A stretch of DNA of 64,000 nt, from positions 146,630,001 through 146,694,000 of the forward strand of contig NC_082715.1 in assembly GCF_030144855.1 (NCBI RefSeq), in the 5' to 3' direction. The position numbers and the translations under genes are program-made. This document shows, piece by piece, positions 11,110 to 23,050 of this stretch. This stretch comes from Hypanus sabinus. Its lineage: Eukaryota. The notes below the pieces were generated by a model. That model was not told the origin of the DNA and ran no database searches. It saw nothing but the letters and a program-made list of their open reading frames with translations. The stretch's first letter is position 1, and each line of letters starts with the position of its first letter.

Positions 11110-12105
11110 CACAGCACGTGTGGAGAGAGAAACGGACGAAATATGGTTCGTGGCCTAAGGTTGCAGGAGATCAATTTCGTTACATGCACGTGCAGTTCAG
11201 CTCTTTGAGTGATTATCCAGAACTTTTGACGTTAACATCACATCTCCTTCTACGTTAAGCCACGAACTTATCAATTACCCCTCGTAGCAGGCCAGCTCTG
11301 AGGTATCGTAGACAGAACATGTAGCCTAGTTTCGCTCTCTCGAGATGCTATATGCTAATTGTCTGAAACGCGGTCGCTCATGAATAGAATTAGCCTCTAT
11401 GTTTCCGTTCTTTCCTGTATTCCATCTTTCTCGGTGCCACAGACTCCTGTTGGGTTGATTTCTATATTACCTCCGAAGTAGACAGTTTTCATTACAGCTG
11501 AGATTTTGAATTGTACGACCACGGGAACAATGACCCCGCGTATCGGATGGGATCGGATGGTACCGGTTACAGCCTAACCGGCATAAATATTCATTGATAT
11601 CTATTAAATATAGAGATGCAGCGCGTAATAGGCACTTCCTCTTCCGCACCGTCCCGCTAACACTTGAGAACCCCGAATGAATTTCAACCAATTAATTCTA
11701 ATTCTTTGGCAAGAGATGGCAATAAGATTGCAAATGGTATAAAAGGATTTAATATGTTCGATAGTTCTGGAGAAATAGAAAGACGCTCAAAATAAACTCA
11801 GCTCAACATAAGGAATGCAAATCATGAGGCACCTATTAATAATCTCTGGAATCCATTTTTAGAACCGCTGTGAACACTGCATCGCGGTAACAAACAAAAT
11901 TATTATTCATCGTCATCTGCAAATGCTCTGGGTGATAATTTTATTTTAAAGTTTGAAATTGAGAGCTATTTCCTAAAAGGTTGGAGGAGACTATTACTTT
12001 TCATTTTCAGTTTTTCTGTTGAACCGTTCGAACGGGAGGGGGAAACATGCGCAGGCAGTGAGGGGTGGGTGGGTAAGGGTGGTGATGCTGGCGGTGTGGT
12101 TAACG
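11110..12105. promoter_or_regulatory. Candidate J-C intronic enhancer, cluster 1 (equivalents at about 33040-34035 and 56450-57280)
   Basis: CACGTG 11115-11120, PU.1-type AAGAGGAAGTG 11643-11633, octamer ATGCAAAT 11815-11822, tandem E-boxes CATCTGCAAATG 11914-11925 and Runx TGTGGTT 12095-12101. Equivalent motifs are retained in the other two introns. Confidence 0.5.
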
Positions 12106-12248
12106 CTGGAACAGGAGTGCAACATTCGGTAAAGACAGACTCACTATGGATGCATATTCTCTGCAGATTTAAAGTTAAATTAAGTAATTATTTTTAGAGC
12201 GTTAACAATAACGCACACAGTGCCTTAGAAAGAAGAAATTTTACTTAC

Positions 12249-12596
12249 TGCCCACTGCCACCTTTGTTCCTTTTCCGAATATTAAGGCGTTTTTCCACAT
12301 GGCGCAGTAATAGTCCGCAGCGTCCTCTGTTTGAACGTTGGAAATTGTGAAATATCCCGTATTGCCCGACTGAGAGCCGGAGAACCTTTCTGAAACTCCA
12401 GGACCTCTTCCAGGGCTGCTCTTGCTGGACCAATAATAGACTAAAAGCCGGGGAGTCTTTCCGGGAATCTGCTGATACCAGGATACATCGTCATTCCCTA
12501 AACTGGCCCCGGACATGGTACAGCTTAATTGTAAGTTCTGCCCCGGACTGATCGACTTGGAAAGCGGCTGAGTTACTGTAACTTCTGCGCGTAAAT
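12249..12596 (-). CDS. IgL: Germline-joined VJ exon, cluster 1, intact
   Basis: 348 nt between a TTTTTTCCAG acceptor and a GTAAGT donor: EVTVTQPLSKSISPGQNLQLSC...WYQQIPG...[25 protein letters not shown]. The V Cys/Trp/YYC motifs run directly into the J FGxG motif with no RSS or intervening DNA. Confidence 0.95.
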
Positions 12597-12701
12597 CTGG
12601 AAAAAACAATGAGGCAGAGTTTGTAATGAAAAACGTGAGAGAAACGTCCCAGTGAATCGTCCTTGAGAAGAAATCTAATATCGCTAAAAAAAAATACTCA
12701 C

Positions 12702-12750
12702 AAGTCGCAAGATAAAGGAGCGCAATGACAACACGGATCCAGTAAGACAT
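12702..12750 (-). CDS. IgL: Leader exon, cluster 1
   Basis: ATG at 12750, 49 nt MSYWIRVVIALLYLAT, donor GTGAGT at 12701. The spliced L+VJ+C product is in frame. Confidence 0.92.
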
Positions 12751-12824
12751 TGTAAATGACTGAATTGAGTCGTGCAGTGCAGCAGTTTCCAGGTGAAGTG
12801 GTTTCTAAAGTTGTTACCAACTCG

Positions 12825-12891
12825 CTTATAAAGTGTGTTGCAAGGTTAAAGTGTTATTAATGCAAACTACGGCGTTCTTTGGGCCAATCAG
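12825..12891 (-). promoter_or_regulatory. V promoter, cluster 1: TATA-like box, variant octamer, CCAAT box
   Basis: TTTATAAG 12832-12825. Sense GTTTGCAT 12867-12860 (one mismatch to ATTTGCAT), 110 nt upstream of the ATG. CCAATCAG 12884-12891. Confidence 0.7.
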
Positions 12892-13946
12892 AAGTTGCCC
12901 GCTTCTCCGTGTGTCCCCATTCAAGCCAGAAATAGTTTCAAGTTCCGTATTTCTGGTCACGTCGGTGTATTTTTAAATATTAAAAGCCAACATGAAATAA
13001 CGGTCGTTTAATTTTTGATTCTGTACGCTTATTTTCAGCGTGCTCAAATACCAGATCAGTTTTCCAAGAGTTTAGTCAGGACTGTTCAGTTGGGATAAAA
13101 GAAAACATCATTTCTTAATCGGATTATTAATATCAGAGACGTTCCACGACGCAACGTTGCATATTATGTATATAAAATGCAGAATCATAGCTGTTATGAA
13201 GAAAAGAAACAGATCCCGCAGGCCACCAAGTCCATACCGGGTCAAGTACCCTCCCTCATGCCTCTATATTAATCCCATTTTCCTGCACGATACATTGCTA
13301 ACTTCAGAAAAGCATTAAACTGATGAAATTTTTTCAAAGCAAATACAAACGTTTGTAAATTCTGGGCTGTTGCTTAGGAAGGTAATTGCAATGAAATGTA
13401 TTCTCTGCACTGAGTGAGCTGTCGGGGATGTGCCACAAACTTTTCCCCAACATACGGCAGCAACATCGATGCTCTGGGCAGGTTCATAAATCTTCCCATT
13501 GCACTGAACTTAGTGAAGTCAAAAATAAGCTTAACTGACCCGCTGTTGGTAATATACATTTTACCCAAGTGATTAACGTCAAAAAATACCGTTGTTCATC
13601 GGGATGTTGAAAACAAAAACCTGCTGCTCTGTTTTTTAGTGGTTCATCACATCGACATATAGTATTATCCTTTAATCACGAGCAGCATAAACTTGTTGAT
13701 ACGTAAAGTATAAGGATTTCATATGATTGTTACATATTCAATATACTGTATAACACAAAACAATTTCTCTCGGCGCAGAAGAAATGAAAATTAGAAATTA
13801 GCCCTGAATCATTGACAAAAATTGCGCCATGTAACGCATTAGCGCACAGATTCCGAAATTTAATTGGTGTTATAAGAGTTGCTTCAGTAATGATCAGAAG
13901 TTCTTCGGAATTTTCATTTGCGGCAGCGATGTCTGTTGCCAGGATT

Positions 13947-16900
13947 TAAATCATGGTACACATCGGTACCAAAGATGTAGGAAGAAAGAGTGAGGAGGTC
14001 CTGAAGAGTGAGTATAGAGGGCTTGGTAGGAAGTTAAAAAGCAGGACCTCGAGGGTAGTAATCTCCGGATTGCTACCTGTGCCACGTGCCAGTGAGGGTA
14101 AGAATAGGATGTTCTGGAGGATGAACACACGGCTGAGGAACTAGTGTATGGGGCAGGGTTTCAGATTTCAGGATCATTGGGACCTCTTCTGGGGCACGTG
14201 GGACCTGTACAAGAGAGATGGGTTACACCTGAACTACAGAGGGACAAATATCCTTGCAGGATGGTTTGTTAGTACTATTGGGGGGGGGGGTTAAACTAGA
14301 TTTGCAGGGGGATGGGAACCAGAGTGCCAGAGTAGATAGTGGAGCTGGGGTGAAAAGGAATGATGTTAAAGTTTCATGCAAAGTCACAAATTGAAGGGTT
14401 GTGAGTGGTGGCTATGAACCTCTGCGGTCAGTCTATATCAATGCGAGGAGTATTATGGGAAAGGCTGACGAGCTAAGGGCGTGGATTGACACGTGGAATT
14501 TTGACATTGAAGCCATTAGTGAAACTTGGCTACAGGAGGGGCAGGACTGGAAGCTTAATATTCCAGGGTTCTGATGTTTCAGACGTGATAGACGTAGAGG
14601 GATGAAGGGTGAGGGTGGCATTGCTAATCAGGGGATATGTTACAGAAGTGCTCAGGCAGGACAGATTAGGGGGTTTGTCTACCGAGGTCGTATCGGTGGA
14701 GCTGAGAAACAGGAAGGGAATGGCCACATTAATGGGGTTGTATTATAGACCACTCAATAGTCAGCAAGAATTGGATTCTAATTTTCCACATATTGATTGG
14801 GACTCCCATACTGTTCAAGGTCCAGACGGGTTAGAGTTTGTAAAATCTGTTCTGTAAAGTTTTCTAAATCAATATATAGTGGTACCGACTACAGACCATC
14901 CAATATTAGATCTTCTATTAGTAAACGAGTTAGGACAGGTGAAGGAAGTGTGTGTAAGGGAACACTTTGGTTCCAGTGATCATAACACCATTAGTTTCAA
15001 CTTGATCATGGATAAAGTTTGATCTGGTCCTCGGGTTGATGTTCTAAACTGGAAAAAGGCCAAATTTGAAGAAATGAGAAAGGATCTAAAAAACGTGGAT
15101 TGGGACAGATTGTTCACTGGCAAGGATGTCGTTGGTAAGTGGGAGGCCTACAAAGGAGAAATTTTGAGAGAGCAAAGTTTGTATGTTGCTGTCAGGATTA
15201 AAGGCAAAGTGATTAAGAATAAGGAACCTTGGTTCTCTAGGGGTATTGGAACTCTAATAAAGAAGAAGAGAGAGATTTATGACATGTATAGGAAACAGGG
15301 AGCAGATAAGGTACTTGAGGAGTATAAAAAGTGCACAAAATACAAGAAAGGACTCAGGAGGGCTAAAAGAAGACATCAGGTAGCTTTGGCGGTCAAGGTA
15401 TAGAATAATCTAAATAAATACCTTCTACAGGTATGTTAAGAACAAAAGCATAGTAAGGGATAAAATTTGCCCTCTTGAAGATCAGAGTGGTCGGCTATGC
15501 ATGGAACCAAAAGGACTGGGGGAGATCTTAAATGGGTTTTTTCGCCTGTACTTACTAAGGGGACTGGCATGGGGTCAATGGAAATAAGGCAAATAAGTAG
15601 AGAGGTCATGGAACCTATACAGATTGAAGAGGAGGAGGTGCTTGCTGTCTTGAGGCAAATCAGAGTAGACAAATCCCTAGGACCTGACAGGGTATTCCCT
15701 CGGACCTTGAAGGAGATTCGTGTTGAAATTGCAAGGGTCCTGGCAGATATATTTAAAATGTCGGTATCTCTGGGTGAGGTGCCGGAGGACTGGGGGATAG
15801 GCCATGTTGTTCCGTTCTTTAAAAACGGCTCTAAAGTAATCCGGGAAATTATAGGCTGGTAAAATTTGACGTCGGTAGTAGGTAAATTATTGGAAGGAGT
15901 GCTAAGAGATAAAATTTACAAGTATTTAGATAGACAGGGACTTATTAGGGAGAGTCAACACGGTTTTGTGCGTGGTAGGCCATGTTTAATAAATCTATTA
16001 GACTTTTTCGAGGAGATTGCTTCTCTGAGTGGAGGCCTGTGACTGGTCGTCATGTGCCACATGGATCAGTGCTGGGTCCATTGTTACTTGTCATCTATAT
16101 CAATGATCTGGATGATAATGTGGTAAATTAGATCAGCAAATTTGCTGATGATACAAAGATTAGAGGTGCAGTGGATAGTGAGGAAGATTTTCAAAGCTTG
16201 CAGAGGGATCTGGACCAGCTACAAAAATGGGCTAAAAAATTGCAGATGGAATTTAATACAGACAAGTGTGAGGTATTGCACTTTGGAAGGTTAAACCAGG
16301 GTAGAACATACAAGGCAAATGGTAGGACACTCAGGAGTGCAGTAGAACAGAGGGATCTGGGAATACAGATACAAAATTCCCTGAAAGTGGAGTCACAGTT
16401 AGATCGGGTAGTAAAGAAAGCTTTTAGTACATTGGCCTTTATAAATAGAAGTATTGAGTATAAGAGTTGAAATGTTATGGATGGTGAGGTTGTATAAGGT
16501 ATTGGTCAGGCCGAATTTGGAGTATCGTGTGCAGTTTTGGTCACCGAATTACATGAAGGATATTAACAAGGTTGAAGGAGTGCAGAGAAGGTTTACCATG
16601 ATGTTGGACTTGAGAAACTGAGTTACAGAGAAAGGTTGAATAAGTTAGGACTTTATTCCCTGGAGCGTAGAAGAATGAGAGTAGACTTGATAGAGGTATA
16701 TAAAATAACGATGGGTATAAATAGAGTGAATGCAAGCAGGCTTTTTCCACTGAGGCTAGGGGAGAAAAAAAAAACCAGAGGACATGGCTTAAGGGTGAAG
16801 GGGGGAAGGTTTAAAGGGAACATAGGTGGCGCGGGGGGGGGGGGAGCTTCTTCACAGCGAGAGTGATGGGAGCGTGGAATGAGCTGCCAGATGAAGTTGT

Positions 16901-17075
16901 AAATGTGGCTTACTTTCAATATTTAAGAAAACCTTGGACAGGTACATAGATGAGGGGTGTGTGGAGGGATATAGACCAGGTGCAGGTCAGAGGGACGAGG
17001 CAGAGAAACGGTTCGGCACAGCCAAGAAGGGTCAAAAGGCCTGTTTCTGTGTTGTAATGTTCTATAGTTCTTATA
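13947..17075 (+). mobile_element. 5'-truncated, decayed CR1 LINE (ORF1 esterase end, endonuclease, RT), private to unit 1
   Basis: VHIGTKDVG...VVISGLLPVPRAS (SGNH esterase-like ORF1), GLYYRP and FPHIDW (AP endonuclease), KFADDTK and RT C-terminal pieces. The empty site is visible in unit 3 near 59140-59160. Confidence 0.9.
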
Positions 17076-17659
17076 GTATGGTTGAGGCGCCCTGGAAGAA
17101 CGAATCACGAAGTTAAACGGTGTTACTTTTTTCTAGACTGTGAGAGACTGCTAATGTCATTTTGAATCTTCCTACAAACTGGAAGCAGCCTCTGCTTCCT
17201 GTCTGTTCTAGTGTCTGTCTAAATGCCGCATAAGCGTTGTTTTTGAAACTAATTCCAACACTTCACCATAAAGTGCTTTCCAGTCACCCACTCTCTAGTT
17301 GTCAGAGCAGGTTTATTGTCTTTTAACTACATACATATATACTGTCAAATGAGGCAACGCTTCTCCGAACCATAGTGTAAAAGCACGGTAGCAAACATGA
17401 CACACATATAACACACCCTAATTTAGGAGAGTAAGGGTACAATCTGCAGATGAATTACGCAAAAAATAAATATTGTAAGGTACAGAACAGATTATCCAGT
17501 GACACTTCGAATGCGATGCGGCTGTGTGTTCAGAAGCCTAATGGGCTGCAGGAAAAAACGGTCTCCCATCCTGATGTTCTTATTTTTATGCATCGGAGTC
17601 TCCTGCCTGATGTTCGGAACTCAGACGATGGATGGATGGAACTAGATGGATGGATAGGA

Positions 17660-20400
17660 TAACAGCATTAGACCATAAGACATAGGAGCAGAATTAGGCC
17701 ATTCTGCCCATCGAGTCAACGCCGCCATTGCATCATGGCTCATCCCGGATCCCAGTCAATCCCATACACCTGTCTTCTCGCCATGCCCTGACCAATCAGG
17801 AAACGATCAACATACGCTTTAAACAGTACTGCGGATTTGGCCTCCACCGCAATTTGTGAAAGAACATTCCACAGATTCACTACTCTCTGGCTAAACAAAT
17901 TCCTCAATGCGTCTGTCCTAAAACGTCACCCCTCAAATTTGAGACTGTGCTCTCAAGTTTTGGATACTCCCGCTATGGTAAACTTCTTCTCCACATCCAC
18001 ATTATCTCATCGTTTCAACATTCGGTAGGTTTGAATGAGATCCCCCCGCATTCTTCTAAATACCGGTGTGTACAACCCCAAAGATGCCAAAAGCTCCTCA
18101 GATGTTAACCCCTACCGGGAATCATCCTCGGGAACATCCTCTGGACTCTCTCCAATGACAATACATCCTTTCAGAGATATGGGGCCGAGCCTGTTGACAA
18201 TATTCCAAATGTGGCCTGAGTAGTGTCTTATAAAGCCTCAGCATTATCTCATTGTATTTTATGTTCCATTCCTCTTGAAATAAATGTCAACATTGCATTT
18301 GTCTTCATTACCACAGATACAGTCTGTGACGTAACCTTCTGATAGTCTTGCACGAGGATTCCTAAGTCCCCCTGCACCCCTAATGCTTGAATTTTCTCTC
18401 CATTTAGATAATAGTCTGCATTATTATTCCTTTTACAAAAATGTATTATCATACATTTCCCAACTCTGTATTCCAGCTGCCAACTTTTCCCCCATTCTTC
18501 CAATTTGTCTGAGAACTGTTTCCTCGGCGCTACCTACCCCTCCACCTATCTTCGTAGCCGCAAACATTGCCACAAAGCCATCACTTCTATTATATAAATC
18601 ATTGACAAGCAATGCGAAAAGAAACGGTACAGATACTGACGGTTGCGTAACACCACTAGTCATTGGCAGCCAACCAAAAACGGTCCTCTTTATGCCCACT
18701 CACTGCCTCCTGCCTTTCGGCCATTCCTCTATCCATGTCAATATCTTTCCTGTATCGCTATGGGAATTTATCTTGTTAAGTAGCCTCATGAATGTCATCT
18801 TATCAAATGCTTTCTGAAAATCCAAGTAAATGACATGCACTGTCTCTCCTTTGTCTGTCCTGCTTGTGTCTTCCTCGAATAACCCTTAACAGATATGTCA
18901 AGCAAGCTTTCCCTTTACAGACGCCATGCTGGCTGACTAATTTTATCACTAGTCTCCAAGTACCCCAAATATTCATCGCTAATAATAAACTCTGGTTAGG
19001 CTAACTGGTCTATAACTTCCTTTCTTTTGACTTTCTCTCTTGTTAAAGAGTGCAGTGACGTTTGCAATTTTCCAGTTCACCAGGACCATGTCATCATCGA
19101 TTCGAGAAAGATCATCCGTTATCTTCCCAGCACCCTCTTTCAGGACTCAAGGATGTAGTCCATCTGGTCCAGATGACTTACCTACATTATGACCATTCAT
19201 TTTGCCTGTCGTGGTTCCTTTGTAATAGCAATGGCAGTTACTCCTGCTCCCTGCCACTCACGCACTGCTAATGTCCTCCACAATGAAGACTGATGCAAAG
19301 CATTAATTACATACATCTGCCATTTCTTTGAACCCTACTACGATCTCACCAGCATCACATTCCGATGGCCCAATATCAACACTCACCTCCCTTTTATTCC
19401 TTGTATAACTGAAAAAAAAACTTTTAGTAGCCTGCTTTATATTATTGGCTGTTTGCCCTCATATTTCATGTTTTCCTTTCTTACAGATTTTAGTTGCCTT
19501 TCGTTCGATTTTGAAAGCTTCCCATTCACTTTTGCTACCTTATGTGCCATTTCCTTGGCTTTAATGCCGTCCTTAACTTCCCTTGTAAGCCACGGTTGCC
19601 TGCGGGACTTCTTCTGTGGAACATATCCATCCTGCGCCATGTGAACTGTTCCCAAAAAATTCAGCCATCTCTGCTCTGCCATCATCCCTGCCAGTATCCT
19701 CCTCCAATCTGCCTAGGTACGCTCTCTCATGCTTCTGTAATTCCCATTATTCCATTATGATACTAATACATGTGACTCATTCTTCTGCTCTCAGATTGCA
19801 GTATGAATTCGTCATATTATGATCACTGCGCCCTAAGGTTTCCTTTACGTTAAGCTCCCTAATAATATCTGGTTTATTACACAACATTCAATCTGAGAAA
19901 ACTTTTCTAAGAGTAGGCTCAAGCAAAAGCTGCTCTAAAAATCCATTTTGAGGGTATTCAACAAATTCTCTCTCTTGTAATCTGACATCAAGCTGATTTT
20001 CCCAAACCCTCTGTATATTCAACTCCCCCACTGCAATTGCGAGGTTACTCCTATAACATGCCCTTTCCAGATCCCTTTGCAATCTCAACCCCACCTCTTG
20101 GCCATTATTTGGAGTCCTATATACGATTTCCATAATGGTTTATTTTTATCCTTGCAGTTTCTTTACTCCAGCCACAAAGATTCAACATTTTCTGTCCCTG
20201 TGACACCTCTTTCTGAAGATGTAATTCCATCTCGTACCAGCAGAACCACACCAGCGCCTATGCCTTCCTGCCTGCTGCCTGTCCTTCCGAGACAAAGTAC
20301 TTCTTCTGATATTAAGCTTCCGACTATGGCCTTCTTTCAGCCACGACTTAATAATGCCCACAACATCACACCGTCCAATCCTTAATTGCACATATCGCAA
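17660..20400 (-). mobile_element. Old CR1 ORF2 relic shared by all units (copies at about 36200-38570 and 59765-62530)
   Basis: Fragments GWLPMTSGVTQPSV, FAATKIGGGVGS, IVYRTPNN and YDVVGIIKSWL; many stops and frameshifts; same position and orientation in each unit. Confidence 0.85.
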
Positions 20401-21442
20401 TGGCGGTTCCTGTATTCAAATGGCAGGGTCGAATTTAGCCAAACAAAGCGACCTATGGCATTTGGAAAGGTGAGACTAGGTATGCCTGCATCCTATTCAT
20501 CAGGTAGAACATTTTGATTAGACTTGTTGACATTCTCCTGTAGCATTCTTGTTCACTTTATCCTTCCCCTTCTCTTTTGTTTTCCCTGAGCTACAGGAGA
20601 GGGAGTGGGCGTTAGGGATAGGCTGTGTCCATTTGCATATTTAGAGGGTGAAGGAGGAAGTGGGCTTCCTGGGGTGTACTCAGTTTGACGCTCTTCTCCG
20701 TAATAATGATGTGACCTCTAAATGCTCCCTCTGTCCCGGAAGTAGTATCTTGGTCTAAAACTTTCTTATGTAAAAGGGAATGGCCTATACCTAGTGTCTG
20801 GCACTGTGGTTTGTGAGTGAATATCTCTTTCTGAGGCGGGTGATTTCCAGGGAACTTGTTCAGTTTGATGATTACATTTCATTGCTGAGATGTTGGTGTA
20901 GCAGAACGCTGAGAATGCGATTGATCTGAGGAATGAGGTTGGTTTGATGATTTTATTATTGACCCTAAGTTACTAAATTCCCTTTAGAAGGAAACGGGGA
21001 AGGAAATGTGTGTGACCGTCAATGTCCTTTTCTCTCCATAGATGCTAGAAGGACCCGCAAAGTTCTTACAGCTTTTTGAATGCTCGGCGTATCAGTATCA
21101 TAGTAATTCGGAAAGCTAAATTAATTGCCTGTGGTATTAAATACTCGGGGGAATACATGGTCAAAGGCTGCTCAATTGTGCCTATGAGAACGCTAATGGC
21201 TGTCAGCTAACGGTAGCTATCCTCTGTAAGTTCATGGACTGAAGCTGTTCAAGCTGAAATGGCAGACACCTGATTCGATTGTCTGTGGTGAGCCGCTGAA
21301 TTGTTGCTGCGGGAAATGCCATCTGTTCCCCCAATTGAGACTGAGCTTGCGAAATGAGATTATCTGCCGCATTACTTCAGTCACTTCTCCCAAAACAGAT
21401 TCGATCGCCTGTAATTTCTATCCTATCTGGTCAATGAATCTG

Positions 21443-21583
21443 NNNNNNNNNNNNNNNNNNNNNNNNNNNNNNNNNNNNNNNNNNNNNNNNNNNNNNNNNN
21501 NNNNNNNNNNNNNNNNNNNNNNNNNNNNNNNNNNNNNNNNNNNNNNNNNNNNNNNNNNNNNNNNNNNNNNNNNNNNNNNNNNN
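21443..21583. other. Assembly gap (N run)
   Basis: Run of N. The homologous stretch in unit 3 (about 39800-39850) is only about 50 nt. Confidence 0.99.
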
Positions 21584-22939
21584 GGCGGGACTGACAGTCT
21601 GAAGGTTCCTATATGGTCCAAGTGTGGCGGAGAGAGAGAGAGAGAGAGACACTGAAGTGGGTCGAAAACTGTTACAGAATTTAACAGGAAAGACAAGAAA
21701 TAAATGTTCAACCAACAGGGCCGTTAACTGAAACTGTCAAACTGAAAGTTAAATTCCACCAATGCGGCTGGAAGCAATACTCCAATACTAAATACCTACC
21801 GCTCCTTTCCAGGGTCAGTTGAAAGGATAGTCCTCTTTTACGGACAGGAACGAGATTAAGCTGGAAGCATTTCGTTGCTGTGCTTTGAGTCAAGTCTTGA
21901 CAATTTTATCATGATAAACCCTCAGCGGAGTAGATGGTTGTTAGACGTTTACCACCGCATTCACATTCCGTGGCTCCAGACATAAATTCCTCACTTTGCC
22001 CTTTTGCGGCCAATGTCTCACTAGCGACTCTCTTTTTCAACGCATGTATAAACCGCTTCGATATTCTCAATTCTAATAGGCAAGGATATTTAATGGCCAC
22101 TTTCATTCTCCCCTTTCTCTCTTACTTCCTGTACTTTCCACTATCTCCCATCCGATTTCAGGTTGTAAAACTTTGCATATGCCTCCTTTTGCATTTTCAC
22201 CAAATTTGAAACATCTCTCATCATCCAAAGTTATGTTACCTTGCCATCCTCGTCTTTGATCCTTAAAGGATTACGTTGGTCTTGATTTCTCACACGTTAA
22301 GTGTGTAGTTACATGACAACGACTGCTCCCTATCTCCACGTGACTCGTGCAAGTAGTATTTCCCAATTTAGCACATTTGTTCAACAAATTATACTCCAAC
22401 AAATCGCTTGTCATTCAAAAAGTCCCAATTAATGTTGTGGATACGAAAGTTACCCAGTACGATTAGACTGTTGTTTTTGCATCTTCCTATGCTCTGCTTG
22501 CTTATTTGCTCCACGATCTCTCCTTGGCCGCTGCAATACTTAGACTTTGCCGTATACTGACTGTATCTTTTCTATGCTTCATTCCTACCCATAGAGATTC
22601 ACAGGATGAATCCTCCATGATGTCGTAGCTGCAGCGTGCATCGTTTTCTAAAAGCTGGCCCTGTCACCTGCGTAGTATATAACCAGCAGAACGCCTATAC
22701 CCAAACAGACAATGACAGTAGGTACATAACAACATCGTAGATTGCAATTTAATATTCAAGTCACGGTGTCTCGGAAATAAATTACCATCTGTCTAATATT
22801 GCTTTGGCTAAATCTTAGGATTTCCTACACGATAACAGTAACAACAAGAAAGAGGCTCCAGTTGCTCGAGGCGGCTTAGCACGAGCCTTTCTTTCTACAA
22901 TGGAGCCGTGGTATCAATGAATTGTGATGAGTTTAGCCG

Positions 22940-23050
22940 GAGACTGAATGAGAGTGACAGAGAGGGAGAGTGAGAGTGAGAGTATGACAAACTGAATAAG
23001 TGAGAGAGGAAGAGAGTGAGAAAGAGAGATAGAGAGAGGGGAGAGAGAGA
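22940..23050. repeat. GA-rich microsatellite; equivalent at about 43080-43175
   Basis: Imperfect (GA)n/(GAGAGT)n tract. Confidence 0.8.

Larger units (their letters stand above)
3510..21150. repeat. Segmental duplication unit 1 (contains IgL cluster 1)
   Basis: Collinear blocks recur: 3650 aligns with 21187 and 39548, and the three C exons, three VJ exons and antisense CR1 relics (17660, 36200, 59765) are in the same order. Boundaries approximate. Confidence 0.85.

Noticed and set aside
12216-12222. Perfect RSS heptamer CACAGTG just downstream of J in cluster 1
   Set aside because: No nonamer at 12 or 23 bp in either direction, and it is absent from the equivalent position in clusters 2 and 3.
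12241-12750. 169-aa ORF taken as a single-exon protein
   Set aside because: It reads through the 105-nt leader intron and past the J donor. Canonical splice sites match the other clusters.
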